Of a DNA stretch of 64,000 bases, positions 10,741-20,045 are shown piece after piece (the first letter of the stretch is position 1; the number at the start of each line of letters is the position of its first letter). The DNA lies in NCBI GenBank assembly GCA_963825135.1, contig CAWGRW010000009.1, positions 64,001 to 128,000 of the forward strand, read 5' to 3'. This DNA is from an uncultured bacterium. GTDB taxonomy: Bacteria; Desulfobacterota_D; UBA1144; Nemesobacterales; UBA2774. Below the pieces are notes generated by a model, which ran no database searches, was not told the origin of the DNA, and saw only the letters and a list, made by a program, of their open reading frames with translations. A program made the position numbers and the translations under genes.

Positions 10741-10766
10741 AAAAGGGAGCTTCGGCTCCCTTTTTT
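10741..10766 (+). terminator. Intrinsic terminator (possibly bidirectional)
   Basis: AAAA-GGGAGC-TTCG-GCTCCC-TTTTTT. Confidence 0.85.
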
Positions 10767-10984
10767 GTTTATACATGAGACCTGAGAGGAAATATCCTCT
10801 CCTTGCGCGCCCATGTGCGCATCCCCTTCAATCCGCAGCATCAGTACAGCAACGGCCGGGAATGCGTTCTGCAGGGAATTAATTCAATGTGTGCATCGCG
10901 GATGCGGTTTGACTTGGAAACAATACGCCCGCAAGCGGCATAATTCGCGCCGTTCATAACCACGGTAACAGTCGCGGGATGCCC

Positions 10985-11410
10985 TCAGCCGTTTCTGTTG
11001 GGCGTGCCCAGGATGTGTGACTTGGGCGGCATCATCACGTTGTCGAAGTCCTGTGTGAACATAGCGGCCGCGAAGAACGCCACTGCCCGGAGCGTTTCCT
11101 TGCCGACGTTGGCGAGGTCATGCTTTATGCCCGTAGGAAGAACGAAGACGCTTCCCGGACCCACCGGGTATGTGGCGCCGTCTTCCATGAAGAGCTTGCC
11201 GCTGCCGGCCAGAATGTACTGAGTCTCCTCCGTCGCGTCGGTATGCCAGCCGAGTCTATGACCGGGCTCGATCTCGTACACGATCGTGGAGGACTGCGTC
11301 GTACCGTGGCCTCCGTAGACCGCGAACGCGCCTGCCCAGCGGACTGTCGGATCGTCTTCGGCCCATACCTCGCCGCGCTCTAGTTTGTTTGATGGAACGA
11401 CTGGATTCAT
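10985..11410 (-). CDS. Cupin domain protein
   Basis: WHTDATEETQYILAGSG...GSVFVLPTGIKHDLAN; RBS AAGGAG. Confidence 0.85.
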   Translation of the reverse strand: MNPVVPSNKLERGEVWAEDDPTVRWAGAFAVYGGHGTTQSSTIVYEIEPGHRLGWHTDATEETQYILAGSGKLFMEDGATYPVGPGSVFVLPTGIKHDLANVGKETLRAVAFFAAAMFTQDFDNVMMPPKSHILGTPNRNG

Positions 11411-11695
11411 GAGCTTCTCCTTTGCGGACGCCCGGCGCCCGGCTTTGTTGGAAACTGATCCTGCCTTCGAATGTGATGCGGAATAACCCCTGTGCCTTCT
11501 CCCGAAATATATGGTCGACGGCCGCGCAAGTCAACAGGTTTTCTTGTATACGCAAATGTCTTTGGCGTCAGGGAAATAACGATTGTTACGGGAGGCATCC
11601 CGGGGCCCCGCGGTACATGCTAAGAATCACACGCGGGTCTATCCCGCATACGCACGTCGGATGCGAAGAATCCACGCGCGGCTTCCGACGTCGGG

Positions 11696-12352
11696 TTAAT
11701 AAATCCCCTTCTCGAATTTTTCTATGAACTCTTCCTCGCGCCCGCCGTCATTAATCCATTCGCAGACGTATTCGTCCGAGAGGACTGTTTCCATGTACCC
11801 CTTCGAGAGACCCCCGGCCTCTATCCCGTAGGTGTTGAACCTCAGCGTGACGGGGGCGTACATCGCGTCCGCGGCGGTGAACCGCCCGAAGAGCCACGGG
11901 CCGTCCTTCCCGTACTCGCTCCTGCAGGCCTCCCATATATCGAGGACCCTCTCCGCGTCGGCCACGGCGTCCCCGCCGAGCTCGACCCACCTGTCCCCCG
12001 CCCTCGCGTTCATGGGGAGCGTCGATCTCAAGGCCCCGAACCCGGAGTGCATCTCGGCCGAGACGGACCGCGCGCGAGCCCTGGCCGCGGCGTCCGCGGG
12101 CCAGAGCGAGGGGTGCTTCTCCGCGAGGTATTCGAGTATAGAGAGCGTGTCCCATACCCTGACGACGCCGTCGATATAGACGGGCACCTTACCCGAGGGA
12201 GAGTACTTCCTTATCTCCTCGGAAGAGCCCTCGACGTAGAGCGGTATGCGCACCTCGTCGAAATCGATCCCGAGATGCCTTAACGCGAGCCACGCCCTCA
12301 TCGACCAGCTAGAATAGTTCTTGTTCCCGATTACAAGCACGGGCTTCGCCAT
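11696..12352 (-). CDS. Glutathione S-transferase family protein
   Basis: GNKNYSSWSMRAW, SPSGKVP, SAEMHSGF, FTAADAMYAPV. Confidence 0.92.
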   Translation of the reverse strand: MAKPVLVIGNKNYSSWSMRAWLALRHLGIDFDEVRIPLYVEGSSEEIRKYSPSGKVPVYIDGVVRVWDTLSILEYLAEKHPSLWPADAAARARARSVSAEMHSGFGALRSTLPMNARAGDRWVELGGDAVADAERVLDIWEACRSEYGKDGPWLFGRFTAADAMYAPVTLRFNTYGIEAGGLSKGYMETVLSDEYVCEWINDGGREEEFIEKFEKGIY

Positions 12353-12486
12353 GGTTGTATCTCCTTGCTAATCGCTCACAATGTGCGATTCCGCGATTCT
12401 GCGATACTCGCCAATTTCCTCAGCCAAAACCGGCAACCTCGGCGCCTGCGCCCGTCGCGGCGCCGAAGCAGGCCGAGGGCCCGCCT

Positions 12487-12897
12487 CTAGAGCTGCTCCA
12501 CGGTCATCGTGTGGAAATAGTGAATATTGTACACATCGTTGTGCCTCAGTATCCCGAGCGCGCTCTCCTTCATCTCTTCGGTCTCCGCGAGCACCGTGAC
12601 GAAGAAGCTGCCCCTGCGCAAATTCTTTTCTATCGTCTTTACGCCTTCCACCGCCTCTCTCGGAAGGTCCTTCCGCAGCGCCCGCAGGATTTTGATGAGC
12701 AGTCCGTGCCTGCCCCCGTCGAGGTCGAGTATCCTGAGTCCCTTCTTTCCGTGAAAATAGTAAACACGCTCGTTGTCGAACCCGGCCTCTTCGAGCTCGG
12801 CCAGCGCGGCTTCGAGGTCGGATTCACTGTCTATTAAGCCTATGAGTTTTTCATACGGATATAATTCGAAACATCCGTCAGGATTTTTTCTTGCCAT
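12487..12897 (-). CDS. Hypothetical protein
   Basis: AGAGAGG RBS then MARKNPDG...; protein-like composition. Confidence 0.6.
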   Translation of the reverse strand: MARKNPDGCFELYPYEKLIGLIDSESDLEAALAELEEAGFDNERVYYFHGKKGLRILDLDGGRHGLLIKILRALRKDLPREAVEGVKTIEKNLRRGSFFVTVLAETEEMKESALGILRHNDVYNIHYFHTMTVEQL

Positions 12898-13259
12898 ATT
12901 GTACCTCTCTCTAATGATTTTGTTTAGGAAATAAAAGCAGGTTGTCAAAGAAACGGCTCCGCCCCCGGCGGCCGCTTGAGAGAATCAGGCGGGGCGATAA
13001 CCGCGGCCGGGGCTGATAGCGTCAGAACGCATTAGGGGTCCCGGTTAAGTAAAAGTCTAACGATGAATCCCGCGTGTCAAAGTAAAATTTTCCGAAGAGT
13101 TATACTCCCGGAATTTATTTTTTGAATTTGAGAGGGTTATGCGAAAAAAAAATTGAAAAATTTTTCATCCTCCGCCCGCTCGGCAGGTCCCGGGGCGAAA
13201 GCACTCAAAAAACGGTTTACGGCTGCCGGAGCATTCGGCCCGTTTTAACCATCCCCCCC

Positions 13260-13287
13260 GAAGGGTTTTCCCCCGCCCGCACGTATA
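13260..13287 (+). promoter_or_regulatory. Possible ECF-type promoter
   Basis: GAAGGG-16 nt-CGTATA just upstream of the ECF operon; a CGT-containing -10 is typical of ECF promoters. Confidence 0.35.
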
Positions 13288-13335
13288 TACATGCAAAGCA
13301 TGCTTGAACACAAAATTTCACACAGGAGGCTTTAA

Positions 13336-13761
13336 ATGAAAAGGAATTTCGTACTTACTGCTGTACTGGGATTGTTAATGACCGGAGCGTTGGCGGCGGT
13401 TGCATTCGCCCATGGCGGCGGCCCGTTCGGGATAGAAAGGCTCGAGGCCTTCTCGAAGCTCCCGCCTGACAAACAGGCGCTCGTTATCAGCACCCTTAAC
13501 GCGGCGAAGGAAGAGAACAAGGGGCTCAGGGACGAGATGGAAGCGACCCACGACAAATTGAAAGAGATACTCACGGCGGAGCAGTTCGACGCGCAGGCGT
13601 TTAAGGAGAACGCGGAGAAGCTCCAGACGCTGATGGCCCGGGGCTTTACTTCGTTTACGAACGCGATAGCAGAGCTCGCCCCTCAGCTCACTCAGGAAGA
13701 AAGGGGGATACTCGCCGAGCTCGGCCCCGGCGGACATCACGGGAAGCACGAGGCGGATTAA
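13336..13761 (+). CDS. Spy/CpxP/ZraP-like periplasmic heavy-metal sensor
   Basis: Signal peptide ending AFA-HGG, helical core, LTQEER motif, His-rich tail. Confidence 0.75.
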   Translation: MKRNFVLTAVLGLLMTGALAAVAFAHGGGPFGIERLEAFSKLPPDKQALVISTLNAAKEENKGLRDEMEATHDKLKEILTAEQFDAQAFKENAEKLQTLMARGFTSFTNAIAELAPQLTQEERGILAELGPGGHHGKHEAD

Positions 13762-13781
13762 GGGCAATCAACATCCTCTCT

Positions 13782-13829
13782 AACCTGAGCGGGCGGATTA
13801 TTCACTTTACTAATCCGCCCGCTCAGGTT
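13782..13829 (+). terminator. Perfect 19-bp stem hairpin between sensor and sigma genes
   Basis: AACCTGAGCGGGCGGATTA-10 nt-TAATCCGCCCGCTCAGGTT followed by T-rich sequence. Confidence 0.7.
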
Positions 13830-13849
13830 TTAATATTTTAAGGTATACG

Positions 13850-14461
13850 ATGGACACGACTGCCGCACTTCCGCTCGGACAAATGGGCATAGAGACGAAA
13901 GAATTCACCGACGAGGAGCTTATGGGGCTGATAAGGAACGGGGACAGGGACGCGTTCTCATTGCTCGTAACGCGCCACATGAAGAGGTATTACGGCCTCG
14001 CCTACAGGATGCTGTCGAGCAGGGAGGAGGCGGAGGACATAGTGCAGGAATCGTTCCTTACCGTATGGACCAGTCCCGCGAGCTGGGACGGAGGGAGGAA
14101 TACGAAATTCACGACCTGGTTTTACAGGGTTGTAGCCAACGCGTGCATAGACAGGAAGAGGAAGCATGCGCCGCTCCCGATGGAAGACGGCTTCGACCCT
14201 CCCGACGAGTCGCGAGGGGCCGAGGAAACGCTCGAAATGAAAAGGAAAAAGGAAAGCATGGACGCGTATATCGGGGAGCTGCCGGCCTCGCAGCGGACGG
14301 CGCTCGAGCTATGCTTCTTCGAGGGAGTGAGCAACAGGGAGGCCGCGGAGATAATGGGCGTGAGCGTGAAGGCGGTCGAGTCGCTTCTCATGCGCGCGAA
14401 AGCTTCTCTAAGGAGCAGGCTCTCGGGAGATAATGGGACGGAGGACGCCGAAAATGGATAG
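13850..14461 (+). CDS. ECF RNA polymerase sigma factor
   Basis: EAEDIVQESF, FTTWFYRVVANACID, region 4 SNREAAEIMGVSVKAVESLLMRA. Confidence 0.93.
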   Translation: MDTTAALPLGQMGIETKEFTDEELMGLIRNGDRDAFSLLVTRHMKRYYGLAYRMLSSREEAEDIVQESFLTVWTSPASWDGGRNTKFTTWFYRVVANACIDRKRKHAPLPMEDGFDPPDESRGAEETLEMKRKKESMDAYIGELPASQRTALELCFFEGVSNREAAEIMGVSVKAVESLLMRAKASLRSRLSGDNGTEDAENG

Positions 14462-14888
14462 AAACGCATTCCTGAAGTATCTGGAGCTATACGGCGGGGA
14501 CCTCGGCAGGTGGCCCTCGGGCCTCGGGGAAGAGGCGGAGGCCGCGTGCGCGGAATCCCCCGAGCTGAGAGAGGCGCTCGAAAATGAGAGACGGTTCGAG
14601 GAGGCCCTCATGGAGAGGGCGTTCGAAGAGCCCTCGCCCGGACTCGAAGCCAGGATAATAAGCGCGGCCGCCGGGGTCAAGCGGCCCGAGGCCCGCGGAA
14701 GTTCGATGCCCGGTCTCCTGGGCGCCCTGTTCTCGGCCATACCGCTCCCGCGCCCGGCGATAGCGCTCCCGCTGCTGCTCGTCATGGGGATGGCCGCGGG
14801 TTACCTCTATGCCAATTACGCGGAGCAGGACACGGACAATTCGCAGTACGCCGAAGCGCTCTATTTCGGGGAGGGATACTATGAGTAA
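14454..14888 (+). CDS. Putative membrane-anchored anti-sigma factor
   Basis: YGGDLGRWP motif, single TM helix, overlaps the sigma stop codon. Confidence 0.7.
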   Translation: MDRNAFLKYLELYGGDLGRWPSGLGEEAEAACAESPELREALENERRFEEALMERAFEEPSPGLEARIISAAAGVKRPEARGSSMPGLLGALFSAIPLPRPAIALPLLLVMGMAAGYLYANYAEQDTDNSQYAEALYFGEGYYE

Positions 14889-15423
14889 GGGTCTTAAAAT
14901 TTTTCTGACTGTATCCGTGCTCCTGAACGTGCTCCTCGTCGGGATAGTGATAGGGACGTTCTCGCACACATTCGTCGGACGCATGGAGAGGGGGAAGCGG
15001 GCGCTCATGCTCCTGAAAGACCTGCCTCCCGAGAAACGCGAGATGGTCCTCGAAACCATGAAAGACATGAGAAAGCATTCCCGTGAAACGAAGAAGAAGA
15101 TCTGGAAAATGAGGGACGAGATCATAGACGTATTTGCCGCCCCCGAGTTCGACGCCGGGCTTTTCGACCAAAAAGTCGCCGAGTTGCACGCGCTCATGGG
15201 CGAGATCACGGGCGAAATGGCCGACGAGACCAAAAAGATCGCCGCTGAGCTCAATTACGAAGAGAGAAAAGCCATAGCGGAGATGATAAGGAGAGGGCCG
15301 GGGCCGCCTTTCCCCCGCTTCCTCATGGAAGGGTTCCCGGGCCCGGACGGTCCCCCGCCGCACCACCCCGGCATGGATGACTGGCACGACGGGCCGGGAG
15401 GAGAGCCGCGTGAAGAGAATTAA
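14881..15423 (+). CDS. Periplasmic heavy-metal sensor (CnrX/ZraP-like)
   Basis: SVLLNVLLVG TM anchor, Met-rich helices, LNYEER. Confidence 0.75.
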   Translation: MSKGLKIFLTVSVLLNVLLVGIVIGTFSHTFVGRMERGKRALMLLKDLPPEKREMVLETMKDMRKHSRETKKKIWKMRDEIIDVFAAPEFDAGLFDQKVAELHALMGEITGEMADETKKIAAELNYEERKAIAEMIRRGPGPPFPRFLMEGFPGPDGPPPHHPGMDDWHDGPGGEPREEN

Positions 15424-15904
15424 GAGGGTCCGCAAGGTAATTCCGGCCGGCGACTACCCCAAAGTTTTAACGCCCCCGCCGGTTATAGTCCTGATCGTTA
15501 TCGCCGCGGGCAGCGCCGTCGGACTGATACAGCCTCTCCGCTTCATAGACGGCCCCGCGAGATACATAGCGGGCGGGGCGCTCGTGCTGGTCACGGCGGT
15601 CATCACGTTAACCGCATACTTTAAAATGAGGGGCGCGGGTACGAACGTCGATGTGAGGAAGCCCGCAACGACTGTGGTCACGGACGGTATTTACTCATAC
15701 ACGAGGAACCCCATGTACGTATCCATGGTCGTTTTTCTCGTCGCCATGTCGGTGCTCCTCAACAACCTCTGGATAATGATCCTCATTCCGGCCTTTATAT
15801 TTATATTGCGGAAGGGAGTGATAGAGAGGGAAGAGCTCTACCTCGAAGGAAAGTTCGGAGACGAATACAGGGAGTACAAAAACCGCGTCCGCAGATGGCT
15901 CTAG
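15410..15904 (+). CDS. Isoprenylcysteine carboxyl methyltransferase/PEMT family membrane protein
   Basis: VVTDGIYSYTRNPMY...IEREELYLEGKFGDEYREYKNRVRRWL. Confidence 0.9.
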   Translation: MKRIKRVRKVIPAGDYPKVLTPPPVIVLIVIAAGSAVGLIQPLRFIDGPARYIAGGALVLVTAVITLTAYFKMRGAGTNVDVRKPATTVVTDGIYSYTRNPMYVSMVVFLVAMSVLLNNLWIMILIPAFIFILRKGVIEREELYLEGKFGDEYREYKNRVRRWL

Positions 15905-16109
15905 CACACAATGTGTGTATATACGAATCCTTCGTAACTCCTCTGCCACGCCATGGAATTTGCCCATCACGTTCACCCTGAGCTTGCCGAAGGGTATCAC
16001 TTCGCCCGCGGGCATAGCTATCTCTAACATCCGCCTCTGCTCAATCAACTCCCGAAGCCAAACCCGTTCGTGCTGAGCGGCACACGAAGTGTGCCGTCGA
16101 AGCACGTTA

Positions 16110-16340
16110 CCGACATTACAGAATTTGCGTTAAGAAAATCGCGTGTTTAAGCGTAAAGAAATCTTTGAGCAGTCCAATTGAAAGATTTTAGCTTAAACAC
16201 AAGATTTTTAGCGTAATTCTGTAGTCGGATGATTTTTGCTTCTTTTCATCAAGGAAAAGAAGGATAAAAAAACAGTCTTTCACCTTATCTTTTGTCTTTT
16301 CGAAAGACCACACTACGTGTGTTCATCAAGGAAAAGAAGG
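16110..16340. repeat. Dispersed composite repeat, copy 1
   Basis: CCGACATTACAGAATTTGCGTTAAGAAAATCG...GAAAGATTTTAGC...TTCATCAAGGAAAAGAAG; recurs at 17653 and 18259. Confidence 0.85.
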
Positions 16341-16679
16341 AATTAAATTAGCCTTTGTTTTTGTCTTTCCGAAAAGCGGAAAGCAATGCATTGCTTAAAA
16401 TCCTCCCTAACCCTCCTTTACGAAATGAGGGAATTAAAATCTCTACGGCAATCCCGCCATTACTTTTAATACCGCCATCCCGGAAAATACGGAATACAGG
16501 CCGGATCCCGCATGGAAAATCGAACGTTTCCCGGACAGACCCCGAACGCGTCCCGAATGTACACCAAAAACAAGGCCCTGACGCACCCGTAGCAATCCCG
16601 TGCTCTCGCCCTAACCCACTGTGAAGACGTGAGATTAGTGTTATCCGGCAGTATTTTTCCCGCTTAATAAAATACCATA

Positions 16680-16708
16680 TTGACATCATTACGTAATGAT
16701 GTAATAAT
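16680..16708 (+). promoter_or_regulatory. Promoter with perfect 20-bp palindromic operator
   Basis: TTGACA (16680-16685)-17 nt-AATAAT with extended TG; ACATCATTACGTAATGATGT (16683-16702) is a perfect palindrome. Confidence 0.75.
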
Positions 16709-16714
16709 GAGTGC

Positions 16715-16936
16715 ATGACAGCGGCAACCATACAGCAGCGGGCAAATCCGGAGAAGATGCACAGAGGTTCGCTATACATCCCGGCGATCCTCTACGAGAG
16801 ACTGAGGCTCTTCTCGTTCGTCTCCAGAACAAGCCAGTCCAAGATAATCGAGGAGGCCATCGCCGAGTACCTCGAGAACCGCATGACCGGCAAGGAGTTC
16901 GATAACGTGCTGATGTACAGGAAGGAAGAACAATAA
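16715..16936 (+). CDS. Ribbon-helix-helix (CopG-like) protein
   Basis: RGSLYIPAILYERLRLFS...SQSKIIEEAIAEYL; alternative ATG at 16757. Confidence 0.75.
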   Translation: MTAATIQQRANPEKMHRGSLYIPAILYERLRLFSFVSRTSQSKIIEEAIAEYLENRMTGKEFDNVLMYRKEEQ

Positions 16937-16964
16937 GGCGTCGCAAAAAATACCTAGCGAGAGG

Positions 16965-17396
16965 ATGGGTGAGATGAAAGTGAGAGAAGTGATAAAGTTT
17001 CTGGTGGAAAACAACGGATGGTATCTCGTGAGGATTTGCGGAAGTCACCGTCAGTTCAAGCTCAGAAGCAAGAAGTCGAGGCTCACTATAAACTGCAAGA
17101 TGGATAAGGAGCTTCCGGAAGGCGCTCTCTACTACTCACTCAAGCACTGTTTCGATTCGCAGGAAGTAATACATAAAGAACACTATGAAATTACAATAGA
17201 GCAGTCCAATGACTGTTATTCGGCTTACTGCCCGGACCTCCCCGGCTGCGTCGCCGTAGGGGACACGCTCGAAGAGACGAAAGAGCTCATGCTCGACTCC
17301 GTACGCCTTCACCTGGAAGGGCTCAAGCAGGACGGCGTACTGGTATCGGAACCGGGTAATACATCGGCATTTTTCGAAATCAGGCAAGCCTCCTGA
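16965..17396 (+). CDS. HicA-HicB fusion protein
   Basis: N-terminus MKVREVIKFLVENNGWYLVRICGSHRQFK (HicA); C-terminus YSAYCPDLPGCVAVGDTLEETKE...LHLEGLKQDG (HicB); one frame. Confidence 0.8.
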   Translation: MGEMKVREVIKFLVENNGWYLVRICGSHRQFKLRSKKSRLTINCKMDKELPEGALYYSLKHCFDSQEVIHKEHYEITIEQSNDCYSAYCPDLPGCVAVGDTLEETKELMLDSVRLHLEGLKQDGVLVSEPGNTSAFFEIRQAS

Positions 17397-17508
17397 TGTC
17401 GGCAGCTTAACCGAATTAAACGGGCTGCCGACATCAGGGCCGTAAAACCCTGACAAGAGAAGCAGGCATTACGGCATCAATAACGACATAACCCCATACC
17501 CCCCCTTA

Positions 17509-17560
17509 GAGCGTCAGGAATCGGTTCTCACGAGAACAAGATTCCTGGCGCTCCCTTTTT
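17509..17560 (+). terminator. Intrinsic terminator after hicAB fusion
   Basis: GAGCGTCAGGAATC...GATTCCTGGCGCTC then CCTTTTT. Confidence 0.7.
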
Positions 17561-17652
17561 GCACACAATGTGTGATTCTATGATCCTTCCCTACTTCTTC
17601 CGCCCACCTATTTTGCATTTCGAACGAACGTGAGAAATCTATCTTTTTCTTC

Positions 17653-17795
17653 CCGACATTACAGAATTTGCGTCAAGAAAATCGAGTGTCGAAGCGTATA
17701 AAAATCTTTCAGCTTTCTAATTGAAAGATTTTAGCTTCAACATTTGCCGTTCCAAAAAACACACTATGTGTGTCTTTTCATCAAGGAAAAGAAGA
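17653..17795. repeat. Dispersed composite repeat, copy 2
   Basis: CCGACATTACAGAATTTGCGTCAAGAAAATCG...TTTTCATCAAGGAAAAGAAG. Confidence 0.85.
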
Positions 17796-17851
17796 AAACC
17801 ATCTTTGTCTTGTCTTTGTCATCCCGAAGGGCGCCGTCCCCCTCCGTTTCG

Positions 17852-17880
17852 TTGACACCGCACCCCCCTTTGGTTACTTT
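17852..17880 (+). promoter_or_regulatory. Sigma70 promoter of tRNA-Ser
   Basis: TTGACA-17 nt-TACTTT. Confidence 0.65.
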
Positions 17881-17928
17881 ATATGTTCTCAATAAAGAAG
17901 CGATGTTACTTCATCGGATATGCAACGA

Positions 17929-18022
17929 GGAGAGGTGGCCGAGTGGTCGAAGGCGCTCGCCTGCTAAGCGAGTAAGGGGGCATAAACCTCCTTCGAGGGT
18001 TCAAATCCCTCCCTCTCCGCCA
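17929..18022 (+). tRNA. tRNA-Ser(GCT)
   Basis: GGAGAGG/CCTCTCC acceptor stem, CTCGC-CT-GCT-AA-GCGAG anticodon arm, long variable arm, GTTCAAATC, encoded CCA. Confidence 0.97.
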
Positions 18023-18258
18023 CACACACATAGTGTGTTTTTACGATTCCTCCCTAACCATCGCTCATTACCCACAATTGAGGCCCACCCGTTCACTCTG
18101 GTTTGTCGAAGCATGTATTTACATTCTTCCCGAATTACAGAACTTGCGGCGGGTGAGCCCCGCACGTTTAAATCTCCCTCCCTCCTTTTTCAAAGTGAGG
18201 GAGGATATGAGTCGGGGGTCAGCATTTCATTCCAATCAATCGAGAATCTTCTCTTCCC

Positions 18259-18445
18259 CCGACATTACAGAATTTGCGTCAAGAAAATCGATTGTACGAG
18301 CGTTAAGAATCTTCCACGGGGTGGGGTTGAATTGGAAGATTTAGCGAGTACATGAGATTTTTAGCAAATTATGTAGAGTCTTTTCGGAAACCACACTACG
18401 TGTGTGATTTTTGCTTCTTTTCATCAAGGAAAAGAAGGATAAGAA
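18259..18445. repeat. Dispersed composite repeat, copy 3
   Basis: CCGACATTACAGAATTTGCGTCAAGAAAATCG...GATTTTTGCTTCTTTTCATCAAGGAAAAGAAGGATAA (latter part identical to copy 1). Confidence 0.85.
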
Positions 18446-18603
18446 GCAGCCTTTCTCCCTTCTTTGTCTTTTCATAGCAGTGCGTGGCAATCCATCACTA
18501 ATAGGTGTGTCACGACTGGAAGCTCGCTCCTACAGATATAGGACTATCACTAACCGCAAATTCTTATTGCCTTTCCCCGCCTCTGTGGGTATAAATCTCA
18601 GGT

Positions 18604-19041
18604 ATGGCAAAAGAGCTCGTCGTAAAAAGGTCCTTGAATATAAAAGCCCCGGCGTCGAGGGTCTGGGAAATACTCACCGATCCCGGGCATACGACGAAAT
18701 ACATGTTCGGATGCGAGGTCGTCTCGGACTGGAAGATCGGAAGCCCCCTCTTATGGAAAGGCGCGGCCGACGGGGTAATTTACGTAAAGGGGAACCTGCT
18801 CGCGCTCGACAGGGAGAAGCTCTTTGAGTTTACCACGTTCGATCCGAACTCGGGCATGGAGGACGTACCGTCCAATTACTCGACGGTGACGATAGAACTG
18901 ACCCCCGTGGACGGCGGGGCGGCGCTCTCGGTAACACAGGGCGATTTCGCGGGAATGGCGGACGGAAAAAACCGTTTCATGAGCGCCGAGGCGGGCTGGG
19001 ATATGGTGCTGCCGAAAGTAAAAGAGATGGCTGAGCTGTAA
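18604..19041 (+). CDS. SRPBCC/AHSA1 domain protein
   Basis: IKAPASRVWEILTDP...YMFG...SDWKIGSP...GWDMVL. Confidence 0.88.
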   Translation: MAKELVVKRSLNIKAPASRVWEILTDPGHTTKYMFGCEVVSDWKIGSPLLWKGAADGVIYVKGNLLALDREKLFEFTTFDPNSGMEDVPSNYSTVTIELTPVDGGAALSVTQGDFAGMADGKNRFMSAEAGWDMVLPKVKEMAEL

Positions 19042-19080
19042 ATTTAACCGTTTGAAGTTTGTATGGAGCTAGCGGAATTA

Positions 19081-19726
19081 TCACGGAACCGAATAAATCT
19101 TCAACTCCCCAAACTCTCGGAACACTCTCAAAAATAACACTCCGCTCGCGCGCAGCGAACCCGACGATCTCGTGTTTCTGATTCCCGTCGAGCTCGGGCT
19201 CGATCTTCCGCACGGTCTTTTTTATCGCGATAGAATGCCCCGGGTCCTCCTTCGCATGCACCTCGATGAACCCGGACGGGTAAGGCGGCTTCACGTATCC
19301 CGGGAACATTATCCCGGACGCGTTCTCGAACAGGTACGAATGCCCCAGGATACCGAGCGGGTGTCTCTCGGCCTCGTCGAGAAGGAATTTGTCGTATTCC
19401 CCGGCTAGCGGCAGCCGGGAAATATCCACTCCCCCGGCGTCCATTCCCGCGAGGTCGTCGAGCGCGATCTCTGCGTGCCCTTCTTCCCCGCGTGCGCACG
19501 AAATGAACCGCGAGGACAGATAAGGGTTCGTTTCCTCCATACGTTCGGCCGCCCTCAGCACGGCCTTACGGCTGATATATTCGATAATGTAGAAGGACGT
19601 GAGAAACTTTATATAGTCCTCCCGCGAAATCCCGCCCGAGAGTAGCGCCTTCACCTCTTCCATCCCCCGCACCTTTCCCAGGTATTCGCCGACCTCTTGA
19701 TCCAGCATCTCTTCGAGCTTTTCCAT
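19081..19726 (-). CDS. Heme-oxygenase-like/TenA-PqqC superfamily iron redox enzyme (frameshift near 19155)
   Basis: EEGH, YLFE, HAKEDPGH ligand-like motifs; the corrected frame ends ...LKIYSVP at 19081. Confidence 0.7.
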
Positions 19727-20045
19727 GGCAGGAGAATATCATATCCGACTTTCCCGGAATTTCACGCGCGGCGTAGTAGTGTCCTTTTACTGTTTCTTCC
19801 TCTCGGCACCGCATCTTACTGATCCCTCCCCTTCGAGGGTTCCAAACAACGGTCCCGTTCTCACCGCATAAAATCCGGACCAGGATGGGATGATATCGTC
19901 ATTTCGAAAACAAGAAAGTATTACGATAGTCCGAATAGCTTATCAATAAATTGGGACTTTTTATGGCCTTTATTTTGACCACTCTCCATGATATTGAACT
20001 TAGTATAAATACCGTTTAACGCCGAATCAGGAGATCGAAATTTAA

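Noticed and set aside
15905..18480. CRISPR array or prophage att sites, and the ORFs called within the repeats
   Set aside because: Spacing is irregular at kb scale, there is no cas or integrase gene, and the ORFs (e.g. 17744-18355) overlap the tRNA and repeats.
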